Source: Eledone cirrhosa (Eukaryota). From it: a stretch of DNA of 64,000 bases. The notes beneath the pieces are model-generated. The model was given only the letters and a program-made list of their open reading frames with translations. It was not told where the DNA came from and ran no database searches. Where the stretch lies: contig OZ024741.1 of the NCBI GenBank assembly GCA_964016885.1, positions 104,036,001 to 104,100,000 on the forward strand, read 5' to 3'. Position numbers and translations under genes: made by a program. Positions 38,916 through 52,260 of this stretch are shown here, piece by piece (position 1 is the first letter of the stretch; the number at the start of each line of letters is the position of its first letter).

Positions 38916-39300
38916 GGAGGCATATGGCTTAGTGGTTAGAGCATTGGCCTTGCAATCGAAAGGTTGTGAGTTCAATTCTCAGCAGACTGGTGATGTGTTG
39001 TTTCCTTGAGCAAGACACTTTATTTCACATAGCTCCAGTTTACTCAGCTGTAGAAATGAGATGATAGGGACTGGGGTCCATATCATTCCACTGTAGAGTG
39101 GCCGTGGAAGTGCCATGGCAAAAAAGCACCCAACCCACACTGTAAAGTGGATGTGTAGGCGCCATGGAAAAAAAGCACCCAGCACTCACTGTAAATGAGG
39201 TTGGTGTTAGGAAGGGCATCCAGCTGTAGAAATCAAGCCAGAATCAGTTCCCGTCCCACCCTTGCAAGCAGGGAAAAGCGGACGTAAAATGAAATGAATG
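38916..39300 (+). mobile_element. tRNA-derived SINE family B with RTE-derived 3' tail (representative copy)
   Basis: A box TGGCTTAGTGG, B box GAGTTCAATTC, tail CCCGTCCCACCCTTGCAAGCAGGGAAAAGCGGACGTAAAATGA. Near-identical copies at 48101-48430(+), 49697-49922(-), 57771-58090(-). Confidence 0.85.
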
Positions 39301-39319
39301 ATATATATATATATATATA

Positions 39320-40495
39320 TTAGCAGGGGTACCCGGCGTTGCTCGGGTATTAAATAGCAGTTGTGTATACCATTTATGTCAATACTTCAGTGCTACTTCG
39401 AAAACTATACTTTTACAAAATCATCGGCTTTTTCCAAAAGGGGGTTCCTGCTCCCAGGGGTCCCTACTCAATATGTGCCAATTCTGAGAGTTCACATTCA
39501 TCTGTAGGACAAACGTAGCCCTTGTGTCAAGTTTTGTGAAAATCGGTTGCGAACTCCAGAAGTTGTGACGTTTTGTTGCAGTGCTTCAGTCGACTCCAAG
39601 GAAGTGGTTAAAGGGGGTTATCTGCCGGGAGGCCCTATAATCCATATCTGGAAAAATGAAAGTGCCCATGACCATCCGGAGTACATAAGTAACCTATGTC
39701 TTAAGTTTGGTGAAAATACTGTAGAAATGCATCAGGTTCATTACATACACGTGCGTGTGGGTGTGTATGTATTTGTGTGTGCGTATGTATGTGTATATTC
39801 GGGGCATACGTATGTACTGGCCTAAAACTTCACTATTTACTTTTACTATTTTAATAACTTCTGTCATTTTCGTTTTCAATTTTATTTACATCATTCTTAA
39901 ACTCCGAGGCTGGAAATCATTCTGTTATTTTAAATAGAATATTAGTCTAACAACTCCATTTATACCATAAACTTGGTCTTGTCTTTGCATGAAATTGTTC
40001 TTCCCGCTCCACATAACGACATATTATCCTTGCTTTTTTTCCGTTCATTGCCAGGGAACGTCTTCACGAACCAAAATATCGTCTTCCTGTTTTCGTTCGG
40101 TTGCAACGTTTCTCGAAATATTTACTTCTGCGTTCACAGATTACTCTCAGTTCAATTTGAATGGGAAATTCCTGTTTCATCGATTTTCTCCGTAACCATG
40201 GAAGCTTGTAGCTTGAAAGTCGACCCAACGCCGCCTTGGGTCATTCTGCATTCCACCAAGCCGTTTCGACGTTTATCCGACTACACCTACACATACAACA
40301 TCCGACCACTTTAAATTTATATAGTAGATATATAACATGTTGTTAAGACTTACTTTTACATTGCATAATATATATTTTAATGACATGGTTATGTAAGTAT
40401 ACTGATATGCCATGGGTAATGTATTACTATCTTGGTGTGAAGTAAGCAAACATGAGTACAGTAAAGACCGGGATGCAGGACGGGAGGCCACTAGT
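39320..40495. mobile_element. Helitron/Helentron-like non-autonomous sequence(s)
   Basis: Left end TAGCAGGGGTACCCGGCGTTGCTCGGGTA hairpin; right end GC-rich stretch + CTAG|T at 40491-40495. Confidence 0.4.
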
Positions 40496-40737
40496 AAATA
40501 TATATAATAATGTATTTATTAATCCCTTTTGCTTTGTTCATGTATCATTGCTCCCCCACTAAATCTAAGGAGACAAATCTGATTTAAACACTCATATTTT
40601 GTTCCATTGAGTGAGCAGATGTTAACCATAATTAATTGGATTTGTGTTGCTGTTTAGCAAAACAGTATCGGTTAATTTTGAAAATGCTATTATTATTATT
40701 GGCAGAATGGATGTTAAAACAATTATGATATATATAT

Positions 40738-40849
40738 ATATTTAATATAGAAATGACTTCTACAGGACTAGAACTGTTTCATTCATGAGAAATGATTTCT
40801 CCCGAATGAAACAGTTCTAGTCCTGTAGAAGCCATTCTATATTAAATAT
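40738..40849. repeat. Inverted repeat, arms about 46 bp
   Basis: 40738-40784 pairs with 40804-40849 (one substitution, one indel). Confidence 0.9.
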
Positions 40850-40908
40850 TTATACTCTGCTATGTATTGAGTACCTTACTTACTGTGGTTACTCCTGATT
40901 GAACCTGG

Positions 40909-41803
40909 CTGGGTGACAAAATCAGCAGTGGTGGAGGGTGCTCAGAAAGTACAGTAGCCAGAGTCAGAACGGGATGGAAAAAGTTCAGAGAGCTTATACC
41001 ACTATTGGCCGCTAAAGGTTTCTCTCTAAAAATGAAAGGCAGACTGTATGATGCCTGCATACGAACAGCTATGTTACATGGCAGTGAGACATGGACATTG
41101 TGTGCAGAGGATATGCGCAGACTGGAGAGGAACGAAGCATGCATGCTCCGCTGGATGTGTAATAGTAATATACGTGAACAGCAAAGCATAAATGAACTAA
41201 GTGAGAAATTAGGAATAAGAGGGATCAGATGCACATGAAAGACGACAGCTGTATAAAAAAAAGTACAGGGCGATCAAAATTGACGGAAGTTATGGAGTAG
41301 GCAGAAAAACCTGGGACGATTTGATAAATTCCGACCTTACACACTTAAACCTCTCTAAGACTGTCACTGGACCGAGATCTTTGGCGCTACGCAGTAATAC
41401 AGAAAACCCGCCTTCCCTAAGTACAAAACGAAACCTACAGTCAGTAGGCACCTCTTAATCGAATATACACACCCCGCCCACTACCCCAACTTCCCCACCC
41501 ACATCAACACCACCCCTTTCTCTGTAAAGTTATGTTGGTACCACAACATCCAGTCCTAAATAAATGAGGTCGTGTAGGTGTCGCAACAAAAAAACAAACA
41601 GTCCACGCTGTAATGTGGCCGTGTAGGGAACACGGTAAAAACCTCCCAGTCCATACTGTAAACGTGGTTGGTGTTAGGAAGGGCATCCAGCCGTAGAAAA
41701 CCTGCCAGATAGTCTTATACAAGCGAGACAACCAATCTTGCCTCAAGTGGGACAATTCCCGTCTAAACCCATGCTAGCGTGGAAGATAGACGTTAAATGA
41801 TGA
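40909..41803 (+). mobile_element. RTE LINE 3' fragment, same family as 36190-38875 but inverted
   Basis: AAKGFSLKMKGRLYDACIRTAMLHGSETW and the matching 3' UTR. Confidence 0.88.
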
Positions 41804-42042
41804 TACATACTTACAGGCATATTTGGAAAGGACAGAGTGTGTTACTTAGTAACAGCAATAATTACTTTGATTAACCAAACTCTTCCAGTTGAAGTTCTTT
41901 ATAAAATGATTTAGTTAATTGCTTTATCACCGTGAATACCTGGACAGATAAGATGTTGTCTGATGACTTCTGCTGGAAATAGAGCATCACTTGGTGTGAA
42001 AGAGGCCATCACATCCATGGATTTAATTTTCTTTTGTTTCAG

Positions 42043-42119
42043 ATATCCCAGAAAAAAACATTTCCAGTTATTAAGACTGCTCCATTTGATGTGCAGAATG
42101 ATGATACAGGACAATTATC
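42043..42119 (+). CDS. BUB1: MadBub exon 7 (ABBA2 position)
   Basis: ISQKKTFPVIKTAPFDVQNDD; strong acceptor, donor GTATGT, phase 0-2. Confidence 0.78.
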
Positions 42120-43370
42120 GTATGTAATTGTAGAATCTACTCTCTCAATCTCTCTCCTTTATCTCCCAATATCTTTCCTTTCTCTTTCCCTCTCCATGTA
42201 AAAAAACATGTTAATATGAAAACTTTAGATTTAGGTAATTACAGTAGATGATGCTATTGTCTTAAGACCACAGAATGCTCTCTAGTTTAGCCTCCATAAA
42301 TCTCCTTTAATTAAACATTTTTTTTTTATTGAAAGCCAATATAAAATGGTGACTGGAATAGTTATCAACAGTTGATTTATTTTGTAGCTAGTGACAAGTG
42401 TTGTGTGTGTGTAATTATTTTTGTCACCAAGTATGCTGGGATTATACTACCAGCTTACTTGGTGACAACATTCATCTCTTGTTACAGTTCACATTGGTTT
42501 AGTTGGCCCCCATTGAGGTTGTTACAGCTCATTCCTACATAGGTTTAGTTGGCCCTCATTGAGGTTATTACAGTCTACACCTATGAAGGTTTAGCTGGCT
42601 CCTTTTGAAGTTGCTTCTCATTGGAGCTTTCTCAGCTATTTTAGTGATAGGAGCCCAGGACTTATGTAAAGGTTTCCTCTCAGGTTGGGCTCCAGTCTAT
42701 TACAGGGACTAACCCTGAGCTACTGCTGCTCGTGTTATTTATTTTCAGCTGAGTGTACCTGAGCAACATGAAATGAAGTACCTTGCTCAAGGACATAATA
42801 CACCAACTGGTTCAGGAATCCAAAAGCATGATCTTACGATCATGAGTTGAACACTAACCACTAAGCCATGCACCATGTTTTGAATTAGATCTAATGTTTT
42901 ACTGTAATTATTTGTTTCGTTGACACAGCTGAAATTATAACAAGAGTAAACTTTAGCAATAACAAGCATTTTAAGGCCTTTTCTTTGTTGAAGCAGGGAT
43001 TAGCCTTGCAGGCCTCTTGACAAGCTTCATACTCATCCTGGGTTTTGAAGCAATGTTATACAGCCAGACACTCTTCCTGGTAGCAAACTCCTACAACACA
43101 CAGGGATATGGTGTATCTATTCCGAACTAGATATACCCAATATGCAAGAGCAAACTAGGTTTTTAAATATTTTATAATAAACATTTTTCTAGACTGATTT
43201 ATTCTAGAAGGACTTGAGACAAGGGGAAAACCCAAATTTATCTAGATACCACTTGATATTTGTTGATGTTATAGCTCTTCATAGTTTCTAATTCTTAAGA
43301 AGTTCATACATTTATGTTGGAATGTTATAAATTACAGAGTATTCTTTTTATTCTTTTTTCTTTCTTTAAG

Positions 43371-43412
43371 AACTCCAAAACGTGTTCCTGAAATTGACAG
43401 TAAGGCGTTGAG
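43371..43412 (+). CDS. BUB1: MadBub exon 8 (42 nt)
   Basis: TPKRVPEIDSKALS; long pyrimidine tract, donor AG|GTAAGT, phase 2-2. Confidence 0.8.
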
Positions 43413-44576
43413 GTAAGTTTGAGATTTTAAATTTCAACTCAAGAACAAATATCTATATGGCTGAATGAAATAAGATCTGAGTAAATTATTTATTTAGAAA
43501 GTATAAGACATAGGGTTGGTTAACATTGATAAAGTATCTACATCTAGTAAGTTCCACTCCATCACAGAGGCCTGAGCAAGTTCTTTTTCTTCTTTTTAAT
43601 GGAGACTAATGGTTGCTCATGCAGAAAATCTCTCCTCTCCATGTCACTGAAGTTGTCCCATGGAAAACCAAGAGTTAATACAGCTCAGTGCCTGTGATGT
43701 CATATGTGAATTCAGTAGGTAAAGAGCCAGGGTTATTTCTTTATTTTATTAACCCTTTAGATACCAACTCACCTGAGACTGATTCTCCTCCTTAGATCAC
43801 AATCTCTCATTTTCAGAATGTTCATATTTAAATTAACACCTCCCATCATAATATAATGTAAAAACAATTATTTTATTAAATCTCTTCAAAGTATTATTTT
43901 TCAAAGATGATTGAACACACAAGCAGAGATGCAACTTCATAAGGGGCCAGCTAAATCTACATAGGTATGAGCTGTAAGAACAATGTAGGGGTCTAGCTGT
44001 GTGCTATAACAGCAACTTCATAGTAGGCTAGCTAAACCTATATAGGTGTGAGCTGTAACAACAACCTCATAGCAGGCCAACTGAACCTACATAGGTGTGA
44101 GCTGTCACAACATTATAAGACTCTAGATAAATCTACGTAGGTGTGGGCTATAGATTTAATTTCATTTTCATTTCAAATAGATTTTTTAATTATACTTTTG
44201 TTTATTTACTACTTTAAGTAAGTATAATTTATACTCTTCATTATGAGGTTATATACAGAAGTTCAGATTACTGTCTAGCATAGATAATTTTCCTCTGGGG
44301 TTAGGATATGCCTATGAGAAACCCAACTTTTGGTCTCCAGGACACCTGGTAGATTTTTGAGACTTATTTTAAGAAAAAAATAGCATCTTCGATTTTGAGA
44401 AAAGTTGATTTTTTTTTTTTCCAGGGATGATACAGTAAGTATCAATTATTAACTACAGTAAATTTTCTCAGCTGTTAACTTTTCTCAAAAATTGTAATCT
44501 TGTGTCAATATTATTGTTATAAAGTTTTAAAATTTCCCTCATTTTTTTTTTTTTTTAAAATTTTTTTTTTTTTCAG

Positions 44577-44767
44577 TGTTCAAAAGTCAAGAAAAGATCC
44601 AATTACCCCATTGGATGTTATTAATCCAGTGTCCAGTGATATTAAACAAATCCCTATGTATTGTAAGGAAAAGATATATGCTGGAGTGGAGGAATTTTCA
44701 TTTGAAGAAATCAGAGCTCTGCGATGGAAGCGAAGACAAGAAGAGAAAATGTATCATGCTCTCCTTG
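44577..44767 (+). CDS. BUB1: MadBub exon 9, GLEBS (Bub3-binding) motif
   Basis: MYCKEKIYAGVEEFSFEEIRA; phase 2-1. Confidence 0.95.
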
Positions 44768-45129
44768 GTTAGTTAAATATTATTTTTTTAACTCATTTTT
44801 TCCTTGTGGCCCTTGTGGTCATATATGATTATTTCCCTTGGTATTTAACACTAACCTTCTTGTCTTTTCACACTACCTCCCTAAGCCAAATAGTGAGAAT
44901 CAATAGTTTTTAACATGACCATACCAAAGTTTATAAATTTTGAAGATCAAAGCAGAACATTTTCAGTGAAGATTCCAAATTGAATTTTCTGAAGGATATT
45001 GCAAATATGTTCATTATATTTACAGTGTTAAATAAAATAAACAATTTAATATAATAATTTAATTTAATATAAGCAAAAACATGAAAATGTTTTTTTCTCT
45101 AAGTATCAACAAATACATACCTTTAAGGG

Positions 45130-46300
45130 AAATATTCCAGATGATAGGGCTTGAAACAGTTAATACAGAGATTTACCTTGCATTGTTCACAGTCTGTTTT
45201 TTGTTCCCTTCTAATATTTTGTTTGGAACACTGCTTACAAATTCTCTTTTTCCCTAAGTCTACAAGGCCAGTGCGTGGCACTCTGAACCTGAAGTTCTTT
45301 CAAAGGCATTTCCCTTTTATAGGAATACACCCCAATAAGTTGATGGACCAGGTTCATTCTGAAACTAAACTGGGTACGTTTTTTCCTTGCCTTTTCTAGT
45401 TTATGTTTTGGGGATTCTCTTATCAACACAAATGAACCTTTTAGCCACACCAACAACAAAAAACAAATACTTCTACCATTTATTTGACTTTCTTCCAATG
45501 CAGTAGCTGGCTCTCAACTGATTTGCACAATCCACTCCATTCATGTGCTTTGTGTAGTCTTTTACTGCTCTTGGACATGGCACAATGTGGTGTTCCCCTG
45601 TCTTTTGTTTTCACTGGACACTTGTAAAATCAATGGGACTGGAATTTGTGGTCAGCAGTGTCATGGTCATCTTATCATGCCTAGTTGTTGCCACCAGGTT
45701 CCCTTTTGCTTCTGTATTGTATCACCTTGCTTCAATTTTGCTGAGGTAACAGCTTTTGGCACGTCTTTTCTATTTTTTTTTATGCTGCAAGAACAGGTCC
45801 CATTTTTTTTTAAAAGTTCCTGAAAGATTTTTCCTCCTAACAGAGGAGAAAAAAATTATCACAATACATGATTTTTTCCCCTCATATGTCCTTCACAACT
45901 CTTTTTCCAAGTCCTTGTTCTGTTTGTTTTGAGACTCTCTGTGTAAACCTGGAAGCTGTTTGCATAGCTGTCCGCATCCACACTTTTATACCATGTTTTG
46001 TAGACTTCAGTGGAAGATATTTTTTGAATCCAAGTCGTCTAATGAAAGCAGCCATGCCTTCATCAATTGATGTTTCACAGTGTGGACTGTACTGTGACTT
46101 CTAAAATTATTTATAAAATACTTCCTGATTAGTTTAAGCTAAAAATAGTTTCCTAATTCATCCAATTACTGAATATTTTAAATCAGAAATGAGTACTCCT
46201 TCTACAACACATATAGTCGTGATGTTAACAGAATCATGCCGTGATTCGATTTTCATCGAAATTTAAAGTCACGACTATGCTCGTTGTTAGGGGACAAGGA
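45130..46300 (-). mobile_element. Degenerate piggyBac-like transposase remnant
   Basis: FSFRMNLVHQLIG...HWP resembles the piggyBac C-terminal region. Termini not confidently located. Confidence 0.45.
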
Positions 46301-47258
46301 CTTAATCTAAATTTTATTCTATATTATAGACAGTAGTAAACTTTTCTTAGCAGACAAATTTTCTTGTGACCCTCTTTTATTTAAAGTGGAAAATTGGCAG
46401 CAGTTAGAGTTAAGGGCAAGATGCTTTGTGGCATTTTTTCTATAAATCCCCACTAAGTCAACCATATATTTCATCCTTTCAGGGTCAATAAAATTGTGTA
46501 CAAATCCAAGAATTTTCACGGTAGTGTTTCCTAACCTTTTTTGGTCCTGCGCCTAACTTTGATTTTATGAGGGGTGGGGGGAGTGCACCTCACCATTATT
46601 GTACAAAGTTAGTATATATGTTCCCTACTGAAGTTCCTTGCTTAACAAAATATTGCCATGCTCCTCTAGTGAGGTGATGGTCCCACCACCTTCAGAAACA
46701 CTGCGTTAGTGTGACAAACAAAATCCCCAGTATGTGATTATATTTAACCTTCTGGATGCTACAGGCACAATATGTCATCAATAGAGTGATCTCCTCTTAA
46801 TACATAATTGTTTCTACTTTTGACACAAGGTCAGCAGCAATTACCCCAGTTACTGGTGCTTTATTTTATTGACTCTGTAAAGGCAAAGTTAACCTCTGCA
46901 GGATTTGAACTCAGAACGTAAAGGGCCATAACTATGCAGCAAAGCATGGTATCTGATGCTCTACCAATACTGCTATACATAATGAAGTATGAAGGCAAGC
47001 AATTCATAACATTTCTAGTATGCTAAATGTTAAGGCTTTTAATAATTATAATTTCAAAGTGAGAATAATAATTTCAAAGTATTGTTCAGCCTGAGATAAT
47101 AGAAGGTACTCCACAGATTGAGCTGTGAACTATCTACTTACCATGTCAACATCATAACACAGTCATGGCTACACTTTTCACACAGTTGAAGTCTCATACA
47201 TAATAGCTTAACTTCCTAGGAAAAAGTTCTGAAACTCTTATTTTTTATATTTTTACAG

Positions 47259-47382
47259 AAAAGAATAAAAGACTGAAAGAAGAACAGCAGCAGATGTTGT
47301 TAAAGAATGAAGAACTGCGCATCAAACAGCATATATTGTTACAGAAGTCACTGGAAGACAATGTAGTAGAGATGAAGTCAGT
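47259..47382 (+). CDS. BUB1: MadBub exon 10 (coiled-coil-like)
   Basis: EKNKRLKEEQQQMLLKNEELRIKQ...; phase 1-2. Confidence 0.85.
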
Positions 47383-49068
47383 GTAAGTATTAACAGGATT
47401 CTACAACTGTTAGGTACTCTTTCATCATCATTTTATGGCAGCTTTCCATGGGTTGGATGGGTTTGGATACCATACTAAACCAAAATGGTTATACGTTCCT
47501 TATTTTTGCATAGTTTCTATGACTGGATACCCTTCCTAATTTCAGCTACTTTACAAGTGTACTGGCAGCATTTTATTGTGGCACCAAAACTTCGACTTTA
47601 CTGTGTACAGGGTACATTGTATCATGACAGCAGCAATACTACTTTACAAAGTGTACTGGGTGTATTTTACCTTGGCACCCGCACTAGGGAGGTTGTCATA
47701 TTCCAGCTATGATTTATCAAACAGTTTAATGGTGTGTAGCCTTTCACTGAAATGTGTTCTTACTCAAGTCACTTAGCTTTCACTGGCTCAGTCCACCAAC
47801 ATATAAATAGGTACATGTTAGTACATTTCATCTTTGTAATATACAGGTGTGGAAACCTGTTGTACATATGTGTGTGTTTTGGTAAAAGGTGCAAACAATG
47901 GCAAGAACATTGGTTCTTTCAAACAAAACTCATGATATTTATTTGTTCTGTCCATGTTGTATAGATAATCCCTTGTTACTCTCAGTAGCAATGGAGTTAA
48001 CCAGTGATTGGTCCATAGGAAACCTGGAACAAACTATGTGATTGTTCCAAAGATGTGATCTAAAATAACTCCTAGGGATTAAATTGATATTTACCTGCAT
48101 GGAGGCACATGGCTTAGTGGTTAGAGCATTGGCCTTGCAATCGAAAAGTTGTGAATTCAATTCTCAGACCGGGTGATGTGTTGTTTCCTTGAGCAAGACA
48201 CTTTATTTCACATTGCTCCAGTTTACTCAGCTGTAAAAATGAGATGATAGGGACTGGGGTCCATATCATTCCACTGTAAAGTGGTCGTGGAGGTGCCACG
48301 GCAAAAAAGCACCCAGCACTCACTGTAAATGAGGTTGGTGTTAGGAAGGGCATCCAGCTGTAGAAATCAAGTCAGAATCAGTTCCCGTCCCACCCTTGCA
48401 AGCAGGGAAAAAGCGGACGTGAAATGAAATGATGATCATCAACGTTTAACATTTATTTATCATGCTTGCATGGGTTAGACAGGTTATCAAGTTATGAAAG
48501 TCAAGTTATTGTGTCTTGCTCATACAGATCTGTTCGTGTTTTCTGGCTTGGTTTCTGTGGCTAGATGCCCTTCCTAACATTAACCACATTATAGTGTGGC
48601 CTGGGTGCTTTATATTGTCATCAGAATGACCACCTAAGAGGGTGGACTGGGTATTTTATATACTGTCACCAAAATGACCGCTTTACCGGGTGGGCTGGAT
48701 GCTTTTTCATCGCGATGTGCCTTTTGTAAACTTTAAAATCATGTATTATGTTTGATTTAGTTGATTTTTGCCCTCCTAAAAATTGTTGGCCTTGAACCAA
48801 TATAAGAAACAAATGTTTTATACCAATCTTTACATAGACTGATGATCTTAATTAGCAATTTAGTTATGACCTAATAATTATATAATCTATATTTTTGAAG
48901 GTGCTGAATGGCTTAAAATTTACTCAGGCTCTCTGTTCACTTAGTCCTGATCCTACTGAGGTTAATAAAGTACCAATTCTGAGGTAGTGGATTGGTGCAA
49001 TTGTTAAAGCATTGGACGAGATGTTTTATGGTATTTTGACTCCTACTACCAGAAAAATGGTGATGCTT

Positions 49069-49335
49069 CTGCCAGGAGATGTATTTGACAGTATAGGCAA
49101 TGGAAAGACCAATTGAAACATTGTTTCCTTGGATTGATCTGATGATCAGTTCCTTTCTTTTGCCAGGAGTTTTAACTGACAGATAGTATTATCAATGGAA
49201 AAACCAATTGAAACGTTGTTTCTTTGGACAGATCTGATGATTAGCCCCTTTCTTTTGCCAGGAGTTGTAACTGACAGATAATATCAACAATTGAAAGACC
49301 AATAGAAACATTGTTTCCTTGGTCCTATCTGATGG
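49069..49335. repeat. Tandem repeat of about 95 bp, about 3 copies
   Basis: Unit GCCAGGAG...TGACAG...ACCAAT(T)GAAAC...TCTGATG. One reverse copy at about 31690-31770. Confidence 0.75.
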
Positions 49336-49391
49336 TTATGTTTAATATTGAAATGTTGCTATAAACCAATACTTTCTTGAACATTCTTCAG

Positions 49392-49566
49392 GGAACAACA
49401 AGAATGCAGTTTGAAGAACCCCAGCTCCCGAGACTCAACATTCAACGGTAGTATAAACAGATCTGGGGGTCACTGTATAACCCCCAGTTTAAAAACTCCA
49501 GAAACCTCACAAAATACCAGTCAAACCAATTTCAGTTTTCAAAATAAAGGCGACAGCAGCAAAAAG
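49392..49566 (+). CDS. BUB1: MadBub exon 11 (Ser/Thr-rich linker)
   Basis: EQQECSLKNPSSRDST...GDSSKK; phase 2-0. Confidence 0.8.
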
Positions 49567-50499
49567 GTATTTCTTCTTTCTATTGTTGTGATTGTTGTTG
49601 TCATGGTGGGGGTTGTGGTTGGCTGTTGTGGTGGTAGTTGCACTTGTTGATGTGTGTTGTGTAGGTACTGGCATTGATTTAAACAATTGTAGCTTCATCA
49701 TCATTTTACGTCCGCTTGCAAGGGTGGAACGGGAACTGATTCTGGCTTGATTTCTACAGCTGGATGCCCTTCCTAACACCAACCTCATTTACAGTGAGTG
49801 CTGGGTGCTTTTTTGCAGTGGAATGATAGGGACCACAGTCCCTATCTCATTTCTACAGCTGAGTAAACTGGAGCAATGTGAAATAAAGTGTCTTGCTCAA
49901 GGAAACAACACATCACCCGGTCTGATTTAAAATTGTGGCCATGTTCCAGTGTTGATATTATTCAAGTTATTATTAGGTTTGTGGATTGGCAGAATTGGTA
50001 GAGCGTTGGACAAAATGCTATACAGTATTTAGTTATGACATTCTACGTTCTGAGTGCAAATTTATCTTTCATCTTTCCGATGTTGATAAAATAAAGTACC
50101 AGGTTAGAACTATGATCAATATAATTAATTTTTTCCTACCCCCAAATTGCTAGCTTTGTGTTAATATTAGAATTAGCTGTTGCCTCGCATATTATACACC
50201 TTGGATTTGCAAAACTGGTAAAGTGTCGGATAAAGTGCTTTGCAACATTTGTTCCTATTTTTTTTATATTCTGAGTTCAAATCCTTCCACCCTTCTGGGG
50301 TCGATATATTCGAGTTTTTCCCTCCTTTCTACTGGCTGGGCTTGTGGCAGTGATAGAAAGAAATATTATTATTTTCTTTGCTCAGCTTCTAATGCTGGTG
50401 ATGTATTATGGTATCAGCTGTTCACTGCCAGTGAATTGAGGTAACACCCCTTGACTTGGGTGTTTATTTTTTGCATACAGGTTTGTCTTCCACAAAGGC

Positions 50500-52260
50500 A
50501 TGCTAGACTCAGTTACATTAACAACTGTCTGCTATCCAAAATGTTCTCAAACATTTCAGTACCTATGATTGTGGGACCATGTCAAAGGCTTTCTTAAAGT
50601 CTACTCAAGCCTTGCTTAAATTCTTTAGATGTATTTTGCAGTTATTCATGATCATCTTGTCAACAGCAAGATGATCTTTGGTTCCCAGGGAATTTTTCCT
50701 ATGCCCCTTCTGCTTGACAGGTAGCATCTCATTCTGAAGCAAGTGATCATACACTTCTGCAGCAAAGATGCCAGTCAATTGTTTCCAAAACAATTCAAGC
50801 AAGTAATTGACCAGTAATTTCCAACTAATGGACCTTTCCTTTTACATTTCGTTATCAAAGTTGTCTTTCTTTCAACCATCCAACTGGGAACTTCTTGTAC
50901 TACACAATCATTTAGGTGCTTCCCTAACCTTGACTGAACATTTTTAATTCTTTTCAACCAGAATTCTTGGATCCCATCCGGTCCAGGAAATTTCCAGTTT
51001 GGCATTTTTCTAACTTGCTGTTAAACATCTTGCTTTGAAATTCTTTCCCATCTGTTTTGGTTCATTAGATAACTTATGCTCAACTTCATTTATCTATCTC
51101 ACATCTTTGTTATGCTCTTTTGCAATCTCCCATAGATTGTGTGGATTCTTCAGCATTAGGTGCAACTTCACCATTTTTCCCTAATATTTTCAAGAACATT
51201 TTCTGATATACGGAGAACAATATGTTCTGTTCGTATTGTTTTTGTCTATTTGTGTAGTGCCTAACCTGATTAGATTTTGCCTTAATTCACTGTTTCATTT
51301 CTTCCATCACTACATTCAAACCTTGCAACTTTATTTTATACCTTATGTCCATGCGTCATTTCTCCTCTGCTTTGGCCTTTTCCATTTTCCTCTGTGCCTT
51401 GCATCTATTTACCTAGATAGTTTCTGAACTGAGTTATATCACCTTCTAATCTTATCTTCCACCAGGGCTCCTTACATTTTTTCCTTTGTGTTTGTTTAAA
51501 ATGTAATTGCTCACCCACCAGAAACCCTGCAGCACTAATTAATTTTCTCAAGCTGGTGATACCATTGCATGGCTGTTTCACAGCATCTTATTGAATTCAG
51601 AATCATTAAACAGATCTCTTGATCTTTTGATAATCAATCTTGTTTCTTAAAACTTTCAATGTCCACATCATCAGTCATTTGATTTTCCACTCCCTCCACA
51701 TTTAATAGATCATCATTTTTTTTTAACTTACATTCACATCATCTAAGTTACCTTCAATATTAACATTCATGCTTTGTACATCAACTTCCAGGTCCTCTAA
51801 TTCAACCTTGATGAGCCAATTACGATGTCTAATTTTCCTTATCTGTCGCATTAAATTGTTCACACTGATTTCAAACATTCAAAACTTTTTCCAATGTTGA
51901 AGCACCCATTCACCAACACCATGTGCTCCTCCCACTTTTGGAAGAACTTGACACTTGATTGTGATTTTATTATCTTCTTTGATACTTTTCCTTCTGTTTC
52001 TGGTTTCATTGCGTTGTTTTACTTTCATGTAGTTATAAAACTGTGGTTTATGTTTTGGTATAGTTGCATGATGAGGACCTATGAACATTTGTACCCTCTG
52101 AGCTGAGTTGTTAACAGCTCCACTCTCTTCACACTTGTCCTGCACAGTGGTTTAAACTGTGGTTGCCTCCAAGAGGCTCCCATCAAGAGTTCCACTCCAA
52201 TAGCAATTCAAATCCATATTCCTTCTCGGCATCATTTTCATGAGATTTGCATTTATGAGG
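50500..52260 (-). mobile_element. Degenerate R4/Dong-like non-LTR retrotransposon
   Basis: NWKFPGPDGIQEFWLK, NYWSITCLN, QKGHRKNSLGTKDHL, DFKKAFD remnants. Confidence 0.7.

Noticed and set aside
49069-49335. Tandem units containing GAAAC and CTGATGA as hammerheads
   Set aside because: Stems I and II cannot be formed in the required register in any topology I tried.
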